From: Neisseria sp.
Lineage (GTDB): Bacteria > Pseudomonadota > Gammaproteobacteria > Burkholderiales > Neisseriaceae
Assembly: GCF_030527965.1 (NCBI RefSeq)
Contig: NZ_JAUMZU010000001.1
Coordinates: forward strand, 86,141 to 150,140
Direction: 5' to 3'
Length of the DNA: 64,000 bases
Shown in pieces: positions 27,624 through 38,146 of the stretch (within the stretch, counting starts at the first letter, position 1; every line of letters begins with the position of its first letter). Below the pieces are notes generated by a model. That model did not search any database. It saw only the letters and a list, made by a program, of their open reading frames with translations, and was not told where the DNA came from. A program made the position numbers and the translations under genes.

Positions 27624-28673
27624 TTAAATCCATTTGCGGCGGCGGAAAAAAATCAGCAGAGAAATCGTGATCAGGATAATCAGACCCCAAACCATGAAAT
27701 AGCCGTAGCGCCAATGCAATTCGGGCATATTGTCGAAATTCATGCCGTAGATGCCTGTAATCAGGGTAAGAGGCATAAACAGGATGGTGATAACGGTTAA
27801 AACGCGCATTTGGATATTGAGGCGGTTTGATTGGAATGATAAATGGATGTCCATCATGCTCTGTATGGAATCGCGGGTGGCGTCGAGCGATTCGGATAGT
27901 TGGAGCAGATGATCGTAGGTGTCGAGCAAATAGTAATGGGCTTCGTTTTTAAACAAAGGAAAATCACCGCGTAAAAGCTGGCTCAATACGTCGCGCATCG
28001 GCGACAGGGTGCGTCGCAGGCGTACGGTATCGCGCTTAAGACGGTGAATTTTCGGTAATAAATCGTTGGTGTTGCCGCCGTTGTCGGCAAACAGGGTTTT
28101 GTCTAGGGATTCGACGCGGTGGTTGAATTGATCGAAAGTAATAAAATAATCGTCAACCAAACGATCGATAAAGGTATAGGCGAGAAAAGCGGGCGATTGG
28201 TCGCGCAGGCCGGTATGGTTGCCTATCAATTGTTTACGGATGCTGTCCATCAGGCCGAGCGGCCGGCGTTGGAAGGTCAGCACGAAATTTTTGCCCAAAA
28301 TCAGGTAAACGGGATCGGAAACCAGTTTGTTGCTGTTGTATTGGAACACGCGCGATACGATAAACAGATAGGTGCCGTAATCTTCGGCTTTCGGGCGTTG
28401 GTTGCGGTTGAGCAGGTCTTCGATAACCAGATCATGAATGCCGTAAGGTGCAAGCAGGGTTTTAAGCGAGGCATCGTCGTTGATGCCTACGAAATGCAGC
28501 CAGTTGGTATCGTTTGAATCAAGATTATGGGGCGCGAGTTCTTCTGAATGTATGACGCCATCAACCGGTATCAGAGTGTGGCAGATACATTCGTCATGAT
28601 TGTAGCGCATCTGATAAACGGCCTGTTTAGGGACGTTTTCAGTATTGTTGCGCTGCGGGGCGTCTTGGTTCAT
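27624..28673 (-). CDS. corA: Magnesium/cobalt transporter CorA
   Basis: C-terminal YGMNF (GMN) motif and two TM helices; ATG 28673 chosen over TTG-extended track start 28907. Confidence 0.8.
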   Translation of the reverse strand: MNQDAPQRNNTENVPKQAVYQMRYNHDECICHTLIPVDGVIHSEELAPHNLDSNDTNWLHFVGINDDASLKTLLAPYGIHDLVIEDLLNRNQRPKAEDYGTYLFIVSRVFQYNSNKLVSDPVYLILGKNFVLTFQRRPLGLMDSIRKQLIGNHTGLRDQSPAFLAYTFIDRLVDDYFITFDQFNHRVESLDKTLFADNGGNTNDLLPKIHRLKRDTVRLRRTLSPMRDVLSQLLRGDFPLFKNEAHYYLLDTYDHLLQLSESLDATRDSIQSMMDIHLSFQSNRLNIQMRVLTVITILFMPLTLITGIYGMNFDNMPELHWRYGYFMVWGLIILITISLLIFFRRRKWI

Positions 28674-28748
28674 GGCAGATGCGCGTGATGAAAGGGAAAG
28701 TAAGGAAGTATAATGGAAATGCTTGCCTGAAACCAATTGATTGCCATT

Positions 28749-29360
28749 ATGATGAGGATTACGCATTTCACTTGCCTGATTGCCGACGAACACAGCGCCG
28801 GCCGATACCAGCCGGATGGCTTGGACGAGCACGACCGCCGGCGTTTGCTCGATCACCCCGATTTGGCTCGTCGTGCGGATTGGCAAGTCAGCCGTTATTT
28901 GAAACAACAGGCACCGGCGCAGGTTAAATCATTGTCGCACAGCAAGGGCGCGGCCGCCGTGTTGTGCGGCGCAACGCCCATGCCGGCGGGAGTGGATATA
29001 GAAACCATTCGGGAGCGGGATTTTCAGGCTCTGGCAGAGTGGGTAGCAACGGAAGAAGAGCGGCAGGCATTGGCGCAGCGCGGCTGGCAAGCCGAAGATT
29101 TTTACGAACTGTGGACGTTGAAAGAAGCTTTGCTTAAAGCGGCTAATCTCAGTTTTCCCGATGATATGCAGCAGGTGGGCTGGCAAAAAAGTTTGGGCAA
29201 CATGCGACAGCTGCATGTTAAAGGGCAGGTCGGTTGGAATGGTTTAACGGTAAAAATCGGCGAAAAACTGATGCTGGCTTGTGTGTGGCAGGGCGAGGCG
29301 TCGGTTGAGCTGTTGGGGGCGGACGCGCTAGGCGGACTGAGCGAGATGAAAAAATGGTAA
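28749..29360 (+). CDS. 4'-phosphopantetheinyl transferase (EntD/Sfp/AcpT-type)
   Basis: VDIETIRE...WTLKEALLKA motifs of PPTase superfamily; start ambiguous (28737/28749/28752). Confidence 0.65.
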   Translation: MMRITHFTCLIADEHSAGRYQPDGLDEHDRRRLLDHPDLARRADWQVSRYLKQQAPAQVKSLSHSKGAAAVLCGATPMPAGVDIETIRERDFQALAEWVATEEERQALAQRGWQAEDFYELWTLKEALLKAANLSFPDDMQQVGWQKSLGNMRQLHVKGQVGWNGLTVKIGEKLMLACVWQGEASVELLGADALGGLSEMKKW

Positions 29361-29414
29361 GGTGGCTCTCGGAGCTTGCATCTTTTATTGTATTGCTATG
29401 GCAACAGAGAAAAA

Positions 29415-29439
29415 GCCTGTCTGAAAACTTCAGACAGGC
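29415..29439. terminator. DUS inverted pair hairpin shared by convergent PPTase and cysJ genes
   Basis: gcctgtctgaa aac ttcagacaggc. Confidence 0.6.
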
Positions 29440-29474
29440 TTTATAACAATCATTGGGGAAATCGACTTCTCAAA

Positions 29475-31250
29475 TCAATAAACGTCTCGTTGATAACGTT
29501 TTTCTTCTCGCATTTCGTTCAGAAAATCTTCGGCGTCGTCGCGGCTCATTTTGCCTTCGGCGGCAATGATATCCAGCAGGGTGTTTTCCACATCGCGCGC
29601 CATGCGCAAGGCGTCGCCGCATACATAAATATGGGCGCCTTGTTGCAGCCATGCCCAAACTTCAGCCGAGGCGGCAGCGAGTTTGTGCTGTACGTAAACC
29701 TTTTCCTGCCCTTGTCTGCTCCAAGCCAGATCGGCGCGTGCCAGCAAGCCCGACTTGCGGTATTGCAGCCATTCGGCTTGATAGAGGAAATCATCGGTGA
29801 ATTTCTGATTGCCGAAGACCAGCCAGTTTTTACCCGTATCGCCGTTGGCTTCCCGCTGCTGCATAAAGGCGCGGAAGGGGGCGATGCCTGTGCCGGCGCC
29901 GATCATGATGATGGGAGTTTCGCTGTTTTCAGGCAAACGGAAAAGCTTGTTCGGTTCGATGAATATGCGCAAACGCTCGCCTTCTTCCAAGCGGTTGCCC
30001 AGCCAGCCGGAAGCGGCTCCGGTGTAATGATTGCCGTGATGCTCGAAGCGCACCACACCTACGGTCAGATGCACTTCTTCGCCCACTTCTTCTTGAGACG
30101 ACGCAATGGAATAGAGGCGCGGGGTTTGTGCACGGAACAGCCCGAATAGGGTTTGCGCATCGAATTTGTGCGGATGCGCTGCCAATACGCCGACCGGCGG
30201 CGTCAGTGCCAGATAGGCATTTAAGGCTTCGGCGTCTTCCACCGTGCGTTGAAGCTCTTCCGCTTTGCTCAGCGCGGCATATTGTTGTACGAATTGGGGG
30301 GTGTTTTGGGTGATGTCGAGATCTTGCGTGAGTGCGGTGCGGATGTCTGTTTCGCTGCCGTCGGCTTTTTGCACCGTTTCGCTGCCGTTCAAACCGGCAT
30401 GTTGCAAAATTTCGGCCACGAGGTTGTCGTCGTTAATCGGCCAAACGCCCAGAGCGTCGCCCGCTTGATAATGGATGCCGGAGCCGGCAAGGTCGATTTC
30501 GATATGCTCAACATCTTTTTCAGCTTCACGGGCGGTAATTTTCTGCCGAACGGATAAAACGGCGGTAAACGGTTGCTCTTTAGAGTAGTGTTTGCCGCCT
30601 TCAGCCGGCAAATTGCTTGAAGCAGCCGTAGGCGGAGCGGCAGGACCTGCGGCCAGCCCGGCAACAACGGTCACTGCGGCTTCCACCCACGCATCGGCAG
30701 CGGCTTGATAATCAAGATCGCAAATGCCCAAATCGGCGATGCGCTTGCCGCCGAGTTTTTCCAAGGCGGCATCGAAGTCTTTGCCCGCTTGGCAGAAATC
30801 GGGATAGCTGCTGTCGCCCAAACCTAAAACGGCAAAACTGAGTTTGCCTAAATCCGGTGCTTTTTTGCCGGTCAGAAGTTTATAAAGCGGAACGGCTTCT
30901 TCCGGCGGCTCGCCTTCGCCTTGGGTTGAGGCGACAATCAGCAGGATATCTTCGCCGGAAATTTGCTTGGTTTTGTAATCTGCCGCGGCAACGAGTTTGG
31001 CTTGCACGCCCGCTCCGGCCAGTTTGGCCGACAGTCTTTCGGCCACTTTGCGGGCGTTGCCGGTTTGTGAGGCGGAAATGACGGTTACGCTGCGTGCAAC
31101 GACAGGCTCTGCAGCGGGCAAACCTGTTGCCGCCGCAGCGCCGCTTTCCGCGCCTCCGCTTTTCGCCCATGCGTAGCCTGCCAGAAAAGCCAATTGCTGG
31201 GGAGTGAGCTGAGCCAGTTGGGCAAGCAGTTCGGGTGGTATTGGGTTCAT
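29475..31250 (-). CDS. cysJ: Sulfite reductase [NADPH] flavoprotein alpha-component CysJ
   Basis: 591 aa; flavodoxin-like N-domain, FAD/NADPH C-domain; classic CysJ. Confidence 0.9.
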   Translation of the reverse strand: MNPIPPELLAQLAQLTPQQLAFLAGYAWAKSGGAESGAAAATGLPAAEPVVARSVTVISASQTGNARKVAERLSAKLAGAGVQAKLVAAADYKTKQISGEDILLIVASTQGEGEPPEEAVPLYKLLTGKKAPDLGKLSFAVLGLGDSSYPDFCQAGKDFDAALEKLGGKRIADLGICDLDYQAAADAWVEAAVTVVAGLAAGPAAPPTAASSNLPAEGGKHYSKEQPFTAVLSVRQKITAREAEKDVEHIEIDLAGSGIHYQAGDALGVWPINDDNLVAEILQHAGLNGSETVQKADGSETDIRTALTQDLDITQNTPQFVQQYAALSKAEELQRTVEDAEALNAYLALTPPVGVLAAHPHKFDAQTLFGLFRAQTPRLYSIASSQEEVGEEVHLTVGVVRFEHHGNHYTGAASGWLGNRLEEGERLRIFIEPNKLFRLPENSETPIIMIGAGTGIAPFRAFMQQREANGDTGKNWLVFGNQKFTDDFLYQAEWLQYRKSGLLARADLAWSRQGQEKVYVQHKLAAASAEVWAWLQQGAHIYVCGDALRMARDVENTLLDIIAAEGKMSRDDAEDFLNEMREEKRYQRDVY

Positions 31251-31326
31251 GGTTGGTCCTTATTAATAGTATTTTTTGGCTTTTCCGCCCGTCTGATTTT
31301 TTCAGACAGGCATGGTGTGTCGGCTT

Positions 31327-32646
31327 TTAAATATCAAAGGCATCTTTCGTATCTTTTCCGCGTATCATGCCGGCGGCCACGGTATGGTTGGTGGCTTCGT
31401 CAATCAAAATGAATGCGCCGAGTGCGGCATTGTCGGCATAGTTGGCGGCGGCGAGGGCTTGCTGGCTTTTCAGGCTGACGCTGCCGATGTCGTTTAATTT
31501 CAACGCGTCGGCCGATTGAACGCGGCTGAGTGTGTGCACATCCCATATATAGGCGATTTCGCTGATTTTGACTGCGGTGGTGCGGGTACTGTGCTTGAGC
31601 AGATATTTCCGACGCAGGTTGAGCGGGGTTTCGTCAAACCAACACAGGGCGGCTTGGAATTCCTGCTGCGGCTCTATGGGGTTGTTGATGGCGACGATGC
31701 TGTCGCCGCGGGAAATGTCGATGTCGGTATCCAGCGTCACGGTCAGCACTTCGCCCGCCTCGGCTTGGTTGACTTTGCCTTTGGGGCTGTAGATTTCGGC
31801 GATTTTGGCAGTTTTGCCGCCGGGTAATACTTTGACTTCATCGCCGATTTTCAACCTCCCGGCTTCCAATCGGCCTTGATAGCCGCGGAAGTCGTCGCTG
31901 CTACTGCCGTCTTGACGTGCAACGCGTTGAACGGGAAAGTGGGCGGGCGAATCGGCGGCGTTTTTGCGGTCGACGGGCAGTTGCTCCAGTAAGCGAAGCA
32001 GTGGTAAATCTTGATACCACGGGGTGTTTTCGCTCGGGTTGACGATGTTGTCGCCGTTCAGGGCGCTAATCGGCAGGAAATAAATTTGCGCGTTAAGGCC
32101 GATTTGTTCGGCCAGTCGGCGATAGGCTTGGGTAATCGCTTGGTATCGGGTTTCGTCGAAACCGAGCAGGTCGAGCTTGTTAACCGCCACAATGACGTTG
32201 GGACAACCTAATAATTTGAGAATGGCACTGTGGCGCTTGGTTTGCGGCAATAATACGGGCTCGCTGCCGGAAAAATCGACACGCGTCGCGTCTATCAATA
32301 CGATGGCCGCATCCGCGGTGGAGGCGCCGGTTACCATGTTGCGGGTGTATTGCTCGTGGCCGGGCGTGTCGGCAATGATGAATTTGCGCGCGGGCGTGGC
32401 AAAATAGCGGTAGGCCACGTCAATCGTGATGCCTTGCTCGCGCTCGGCGGCCAGGCCGTCGGTAAGGCTGGCGAAATCAGGTGTTTGGCCGTTTTGCGCG
32501 GCTTGGTCGAGCTTGGATAATTGGTCGGTAAGCAGGGTTTTGCTGTCGTACAGCAGGCGGCCGATGAGGGTGGATTTACCATCGTCAACGCTGCCGGCGG
32601 TAATGAATCTTAAAACGGGAGCAGAGGTTTGGGTCATACTGGGCAT
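31327..32646 (-). CDS. cysN: Sulfate adenylyltransferase subunit 1 CysN
   Basis: GTPase motifs GSVDDGKSTLIGRLL, DTPGH, NKLD. Confidence 0.9.
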   Translation of the reverse strand: MPSMTQTSAPVLRFITAGSVDDGKSTLIGRLLYDSKTLLTDQLSKLDQAAQNGQTPDFASLTDGLAAEREQGITIDVAYRYFATPARKFIIADTPGHEQYTRNMVTGASTADAAIVLIDATRVDFSGSEPVLLPQTKRHSAILKLLGCPNVIVAVNKLDLLGFDETRYQAITQAYRRLAEQIGLNAQIYFLPISALNGDNIVNPSENTPWYQDLPLLRLLEQLPVDRKNAADSPAHFPVQRVARQDGSSSDDFRGYQGRLEAGRLKIGDEVKVLPGGKTAKIAEIYSPKGKVNQAEAGEVLTVTLDTDIDISRGDSIVAINNPIEPQQEFQAALCWFDETPLNLRRKYLLKHSTRTTAVKISEIAYIWDVHTLSRVQSADALKLNDIGSVSLKSQQALAAANYADNAALGAFILIDEATNHTVAAGMIRGKDTKDAFDI

Positions 32647-32823
32647 CCTTAGTTTGCTGGGCCGAAGGGCCGTTTTTATGGCGCATACTGTAAACAGGGC
32701 GCTTGAAAAAGGGAAAGAATGGTTTGTTTTAATTTAAGATGATTTCGTTATATCGGTTTGCTTGATAAGCAATGCCTGTCTGAAAGGTTTTTCAGACAGG
32801 CATTGTGTTTTGTAAAAAGCTCA

Positions 32824-33744
32824 CTAGAAATAACCGGCTTTTTTACGCTCTTCCATAGCGGCTTCGGAAACGCGGTCGTCCATGCGGGTAGCGCTGCGTT
32901 CCGAAATGGTGGCGGCGGCGGTTTCCGCAATGATGTCTTCGGCGGTTGCGGCGGTGCTGGCTACGGGGCAGGTGCAGGAAATATCGCCTACCGTACGGAA
33001 GCGGACGCTGCGGATTTCGGAAACGTCGCCTTCGCGTTTGGGCGTGAGCGGGGTAACGGGTACGAGCAGGCCGCTGCGTTCCACTACTTCGCGTTGGTGG
33101 GCATAATAAATCGGCGGCAGGGCGAGGTTTTCGCGGGCAATGTATTGCCAGATGTCGAGCTCGGTCCAATTGGAAATGGGGAATACGCGCATATTCTCGC
33201 CCTGAAACAGGCGGGTGTTATACAGGCTCCATAGCTCCGGTCGCTGATTTTTCGGATCCCACTGGCCGAATTCGTCGCGGAAAGAAAAGATGCGCTCTTT
33301 GGCGCGGGCTTTTTCTTCGTCACGCCGCGCACCGCCCATTAGAGCGTCAAAGCCTTGTTCTTCGATGGTTTCCACCAAGGTAACGGCTTGTGCGGCATTG
33401 CGTGAATCGGTTTCTCTGCGCAAAACAACGCTGCCGCGCTTGATGGAATCTTCAACATGGCCGACAACCAATTGCACGCCTGTGCGCGCCACTGTTTGGT
33501 CGCGAAACTCAATCACTTCGGGATAATTGTGGCCGGTGTCGACGTGCAGCAGTTTGAACGGCAGTTTCAGCGGTCGGCCTTCAATTTGGAAGGCTTTAAC
33601 GGCCAGCGCCAGCAAAACGACGGAATCTTTGCCGCCGGAAAACAGCAGCGCGGGATTTTTAGCTTCGGCGATAACCTCGCGGATGATGTAGATCGATTCG
33701 GCTTCAAGCCAATCGAGATGGTGGTTTTGGATAGAAGTTTGCAT
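32824..33744 (-). CDS. cysD: Sulfate adenylyltransferase subunit 2 CysD
   Basis: PAPS-reductase-like fold; ATG 33744 (MQTSIQNHHLDWLEAESI); track start 34035 is an out-of-context extension overlapping cysH. Confidence 0.9.
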   Translation of the reverse strand: MQTSIQNHHLDWLEAESIYIIREVIAEAKNPALLFSGGKDSVVLLALAVKAFQIEGRPLKLPFKLLHVDTGHNYPEVIEFRDQTVARTGVQLVVGHVEDSIKRGSVVLRRETDSRNAAQAVTLVETIEEQGFDALMGGARRDEEKARAKERIFSFRDEFGQWDPKNQRPELWSLYNTRLFQGENMRVFPISNWTELDIWQYIARENLALPPIYYAHQREVVERSGLLVPVTPLTPKREGDVSEIRSVRFRTVGDISCTCPVASTAATAEDIIAETAAATISERSATRMDDRVSEAAMEERKKAGYF

Positions 33745-33793
33745 GATGGTGCCTTTTATTGATAATGCCTGTCTGAAAACGGTTGATATCGGG

Positions 33794-34540
33794 TTATTTG
33801 TGCAAACCGCATTCTTTGCTGTCTTTGCTTTCCCACCACCAGCGGCCGGCGCGGATTTCTTCGCCTGCGCGGATGGGACGGGTGCAGGGTTCGCAGCCGA
33901 TGCTGGGATAGCCTTGCTCGTATAATGAATTGTAAGGAACGCTATGGCATCGGATATAAGCCCAAACGTCTTCTTCGCTCCAATCGTAAATCGGATTGTA
34001 TTTGGCGATACCGCGCGCCGTATCTTGCTCGGCAAAGGCCAATTCGGTGCGGGTTACCGATTGCTCGCGCCGCTGGCCGGTAAGCCATGCGCCGGCATCG
34101 GCCAATGCGCGGTTCAACGGTTCGACTTTGCGGATGCGGCAGCATTCTTTGCGTAAATCAACGCTTTCGTAGAATGCGTTTAAACCTTTGTTAGATGTAT
34201 ATGCTTCTACGGCCTTTGCATCTGGTTTGTAGAGTTTGAATTTGAGCATCGGATAATGTTCGGCCAATATGTCGATTAACGACAAGGTCTCGGGATTGAG
34301 CCTGCCGGTTTCCAGCGTAAACACTTCGGCATCGGCCGCAATGTTTACCAACATATCAGTGATGACCATGTCTTCTACGGCCAAGCTGCTGGCCAGCTTA
34401 ACTTTTTGATGCTGCGACAGAATAAAGCGTAAGCGTTTTTCTAATGCGGCGCTTTTTTCAGACAGGCTCCGGTTGGTCGCATCGGATATATTCGGAATCT
34501 GCCACAATTTCGGCTTGCTGAAAGAAACAACGGTTTCCAT
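33794..34540 (-). CDS. cysH: Phosphoadenosine phosphosulfate reductase CysH
   Basis: ECGLH C-terminal motif; ATG 34540 with RBS aaggaaaa. Confidence 0.85.
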   Translation of the reverse strand: METVVSFSKPKLWQIPNISDATNRSLSEKSAALEKRLRFILSQHQKVKLASSLAVEDMVITDMLVNIAADAEVFTLETGRLNPETLSLIDILAEHYPMLKFKLYKPDAKAVEAYTSNKGLNAFYESVDLRKECCRIRKVEPLNRALADAGAWLTGQRREQSVTRTELAFAEQDTARGIAKYNPIYDWSEEDVWAYIRCHSVPYNSLYEQGYPSIGCEPCTRPIRAGEEIRAGRWWWESKDSKECGLHK

Positions 34541-34548
34541 GCTTTTCC

Positions 34549-35994
34549 TTAACTTACCCGTTCCAACACTGGCGCCTCCGGCGTGCGCCACAAAGCATTG
34601 CGCGTATCGACGAATTGTTGCGGTGTTTTGCCGAACCAAGCCAAATCTTCGCGTAGCGCGGCGGTTTCACCGATAACCAGCAAAGCGGGAGAAGGCGCTT
34701 GCGCCGCCAGCCCGGCCAATTCTTTTAAGCTGCCTGAAAAAACTTGTTGCTCGGGCAAAGTGCCTTTGCTGATTACGGCCACCGGCGTATCAGGGTTTCT
34801 GCCGTGGCTGATCAGATTGTGCTGTAACTCGGCCGCTTTGATGGCACCCATATAAACCACTAGCGTCTGATTGCCTTGAGCCAACGTTTGCCACGACAGC
34901 TCGTTGCCTTCGCGACAATGGCCGGTAATAAACATGGCGCTTTGGGCATGGTTGCGATGGGTAAGCGGAATGCCGGCATAAGCGGTAGCGCCCAATGCAG
35001 CGGTGATTCCGGGCACCACTTCAAATGCGATTCCGGCCTCTTTCAAAGTTTCCAGCTCTTCGCCGCCGCGCCCGAACACAAAAGGATCGCCGCCTTTAAG
35101 CCGTACGACACGTTTGCCTTGGCCGGCATATTTCACCAAAAGCTGGTTGATTTCTTCCTGAATCAGATTATGTTTGCCCGCACGTTTGCCGACAAACACT
35201 TTCTCGGCATCACGCCTGACCAGTTCCAGCACTTGTTCTGAAACCAAAGCGTCATACAACACCACATCCGCCTGTTGGATGCGTTGCAAGCCTTTTAAAG
35301 TCAAAAGCCCCGCATCGCCCGGCCCCGCGCCGACCAAAGCCACTTCGCCTTTGCCTGTCTGCATGTTTTCGAGCTGTTGGCCGACCAAAATTTCAGCTTG
35401 CTCGGTTTGGCGGCTTTCGGTTAAACGTTGGAAAGAGGGATGGGTAAACAAGGTTTCCCAAAAATGGCGGCGTTGTGCGATGAAAGGAATTTTGGCTTTG
35501 ACGCGATTACGCCAACGCGCGGCAATCGATGCCATGGCACCGAGGTTTTGCGGCAGCATCGCTTCCAGTTTTTCGCGCAACAAGCGTGCCAGCACAGGCG
35601 CGGTGCCGCCGCTGGAAATGGCAATCTGAATCGGACTTCGGTCGATGATGGAAGGAAAAATGAAAGAGCAGGCATCACGTTCGTCCACCACGTTGGCCCA
35701 ACGTTGACGCTCTTCGGCTGCTTTGAATATGCGACTGTTGAGCTCGTGATCGTCGGTAGCGGCGATAACCAGCCAAACAGTGTCGAGTTGGTGCTCTGCG
35801 AAGACTTTGCCTAACCATTCGATGCGTTTTTGTTCGACCAAGTTTTGCAAAGCCGCATTGAGTTTGTCGGCAACCAGATTGACTTTGGCGCCCGTTTTCA
35901 ACAGCGTTTCGACTTTTCGAGCTGCAACAGCTCCGCCGCCGACAATCAAAACGGCGCGGTTTTTCAAATCTGCAAATAGGGGGAGATAATCCAT
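34549..35994 (-). CDS. cysG: Siroheme synthase CysG (multifunctional)
   Basis: N-terminal NAD-binding dehydrogenase/ferrochelatase domain + C-terminal uroporphyrinogen-III methyltransferase (GAGPGD); ATG 35994. Confidence 0.9.
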   Translation of the reverse strand: MDYLPLFADLKNRAVLIVGGGAVAARKVETLLKTGAKVNLVADKLNAALQNLVEQKRIEWLGKVFAEHQLDTVWLVIAATDDHELNSRIFKAAEERQRWANVVDERDACSFIFPSIIDRSPIQIAISSGGTAPVLARLLREKLEAMLPQNLGAMASIAARWRNRVKAKIPFIAQRRHFWETLFTHPSFQRLTESRQTEQAEILVGQQLENMQTGKGEVALVGAGPGDAGLLTLKGLQRIQQADVVLYDALVSEQVLELVRRDAEKVFVGKRAGKHNLIQEEINQLLVKYAGQGKRVVRLKGGDPFVFGRGGEELETLKEAGIAFEVVPGITAALGATAYAGIPLTHRNHAQSAMFITGHCREGNELSWQTLAQGNQTLVVYMGAIKAAELQHNLISHGRNPDTPVAVISKGTLPEQQVFSGSLKELAGLAAQAPSPALLVIGETAALREDLAWFGKTPQQFVDTRNALWRTPEAPVLERVS

Positions 35995-36169
35995 TTTTCT
36001 TTCCACTCTGAAACCGAGGCTTATCATAAGCGAGAGCTCGGGCGCAAAGGAAAGATTTATTTCTGCCTTAGATAGAATGAAAAATTATATGGAGGAAAAA
36101 GCGAAATGCCTGTCTGAAAACTTCGGTTTGGTTTTCAGACAGGCATTTGGGTTTAATGATGAAGACGGT

Positions 36170-36973
36170 TTATTTCCAATAACGCCACCAAGGGATATTA
36201 TCGGCTTTCCAGTCTTGCTTCAAATAAGGACTTTGCGGGAAATTGGCTTGCAGCACGCGGGTGGCGTCTTCAGCCGATTGTTGTTGGTTCAGCCTCTTAT
36301 AAGAAGTAATCATAATGGCCAGCGCTTCTTCTACGAAACGGGTGTTTTGATATTGAGAGATGACTTTTTGCGAGCGATTGATAGCGGCCAGATAGGCGCC
36401 GCGATTGATGTAATAGCGCGCAATGGCCATTTCGTTGCCCGCCAATGCGTCTACCAGTTTGGTCATGCGCTCGGTTGCATCCGCCGTATATTGGCTGTCG
36501 GGATAGCGCTTAACCAAGTCTGCGAATGCCTGATAGGCTTCGCGGTTGGCTTTGGGATCGCGGTCAGACCAGTCTTGCGAGGCCAGTTTGTTCAAAAACG
36601 ATTGGTCTTCATGAAAAAGCACCAAGCCTTTTAGGTAAAGCGCGTAATCCATGTTGGGATGGTTGGGATAGAGACGCTGGAAACGCTGAATGGCAGCCAG
36701 TGCTTTTTCCGGCTCTTCGTCTTTATAGTAAGCATAAGCGGTATCCAGTTGCGCCTGTTGGGCGTAAGTGCCGTTTGGAAAACGCGATTGCAGCAGTTCA
36801 TATAACTTGATGGCTCGCGTATAATTATGGCTGTTCAACTCGTCGTGCGCTTCGGCATAAAGCTTGTTGACAGTCCAATCTTGGGTAATCTGGGCATCTT
36901 TGTCTGCGGCGCCTGTTGCGGCGCAACCGGATAACGCCAAGCCTAACGAAACAATTAAAAGAATTTTTTTCAT
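36170..36973 (-). CDS. bamD: Outer membrane protein assembly factor BamD (ComL)
   Basis: Lipobox LALSGCA; TPR-like repeats; typical BamD sequence. Confidence 0.9.
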   Translation of the reverse strand: MKKILLIVSLGLALSGCAATGAADKDAQITQDWTVNKLYAEAHDELNSHNYTRAIKLYELLQSRFPNGTYAQQAQLDTAYAYYKDEEPEKALAAIQRFQRLYPNHPNMDYALYLKGLVLFHEDQSFLNKLASQDWSDRDPKANREAYQAFADLVKRYPDSQYTADATERMTKLVDALAGNEMAIARYYINRGAYLAAINRSQKVISQYQNTRFVEEALAIMITSYKRLNQQQSAEDATRVLQANFPQSPYLKQDWKADNIPWWRYWK

Positions 36974-38093
36974 GCAAAATATTTCCGTGGATAACGACGC
37001 CGATTATAACGATGATTTGACGTTTTCGGCAGCCCCCAATGTAGAAAGTTTCATAAATTTAATGATTCCGGTTGATTTGGCGGGGATGCGCCTTGATGCC
37101 GCACTGGCAAAATTGCTGCCTGATTATTCCCGCAGCCGCTTGAGCGGGTGGATTAAAGAAGGCGGCGTTTTGGTTGACGGAAAGCCCGCCCAGCCTAAAG
37201 ATAAGCTGATTGGCGGCGAGGCTTTAAGGGTTTGCGTGCGGCAAAGCGATGAGAATGTGGCGTTTACACCGGAAGAGATGCCGTTGGAGATTATTTACGA
37301 AGACGATGCGGTAATCGTGTTGAATAAACCGGCGGGATTAGTGGTGCATCCGGCGGCAGGCAATTGGTCTGGTACGCTGCTGAACGGCCTGTTGGCGCAC
37401 TGCCCCGCATTGGCGCAAGTGCCGCGGGCGGGCATTGTTCATCGGTTGGATAAGGATACCAGCGGCCTGATGGTGGTGGCGAAAACCTTGCCGGCGCAAA
37501 ACCATCTGGTCAAACAGCTTCAGGAGCGCAGCGTAAAGCGGATTTATCGTGCGGTGGCTAATGGCGTGGTGCCGTTTGACGGTAAGATTGAAACTTTAAT
37601 CGGGCGCGATCCGCATAATCGTTTGAAAATGGCGGTGGTGAAGTTCGGCGGCAAGGAGGCGGTAACGCATGTTAAAGTTTTAGAGCGCTACGGGGCGCAC
37701 AGCTATGTGGAGTGCTCGCTTGAAACGGGGCGTACCCATCAAATCCGCGTGCACATGCGCGAGGCCAACCATCCGCTCGCAGGTGATCCGGTGTACGGCA
37801 ACCCCCGCCACGCATGTTCGCCCTCGGTGAAAGACGCTGTTAAGGCTTTGGGCAGACAAGCATTGCACGCGTACAGCCTGAGTTTCATTCACCCTGAAAC
37901 AAATGAAACTGTATCGTTTCAAGCACCTTTGCCGGAGGATATTTATCATTTGTTATCCGTTTTACGTTTGGAGAGCGGTTTGGATTCATCTTTAGGGCAC
38001 GAACCCGGTTGGCAGAATGATGCCAATGCGTCGGATGACGACGATTGGGATGAAGACGATTATGATGTGGAAGTGATTTATGTGAAAGAATGA
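36972..38093 (+). CDS. rluD: 23S rRNA pseudouridine(1911/1915/1917) synthase RluD
   Basis: S4 domain + HRLDKDTSGL catalytic motif; acidic C-terminal tail; ATG 36972 overlaps bamD start on opposite strand (cATGc). Confidence 0.85.
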   Translation: MQNISVDNDADYNDDLTFSAAPNVESFINLMIPVDLAGMRLDAALAKLLPDYSRSRLSGWIKEGGVLVDGKPAQPKDKLIGGEALRVCVRQSDENVAFTPEEMPLEIIYEDDAVIVLNKPAGLVVHPAAGNWSGTLLNGLLAHCPALAQVPRAGIVHRLDKDTSGLMVVAKTLPAQNHLVKQLQERSVKRIYRAVANGVVPFDGKIETLIGRDPHNRLKMAVVKFGGKEAVTHVKVLERYGAHSYVECSLETGRTHQIRVHMREANHPLAGDPVYGNPRHACSPSVKDAVKALGRQALHAYSLSFIHPETNETVSFQAPLPEDIYHLLSVLRLESGLDSSLGHEPGWQNDANASDDDDWDEDDYDVEVIYVKE

Positions 38094-38098
38094 AAAAA

Positions 38099-38123
38099 GC
38101 CTGTCTGAAATTTTCAGACAGGC
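38099..38123. terminator. DUS inverted pair hairpin after rluD
   Basis: gcctgtctgaa att ttcagacaggc + T-run. Confidence 0.6.
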
Positions 38124-38146
38124 TTTTTAATAAAGTTCTAAAGAAA

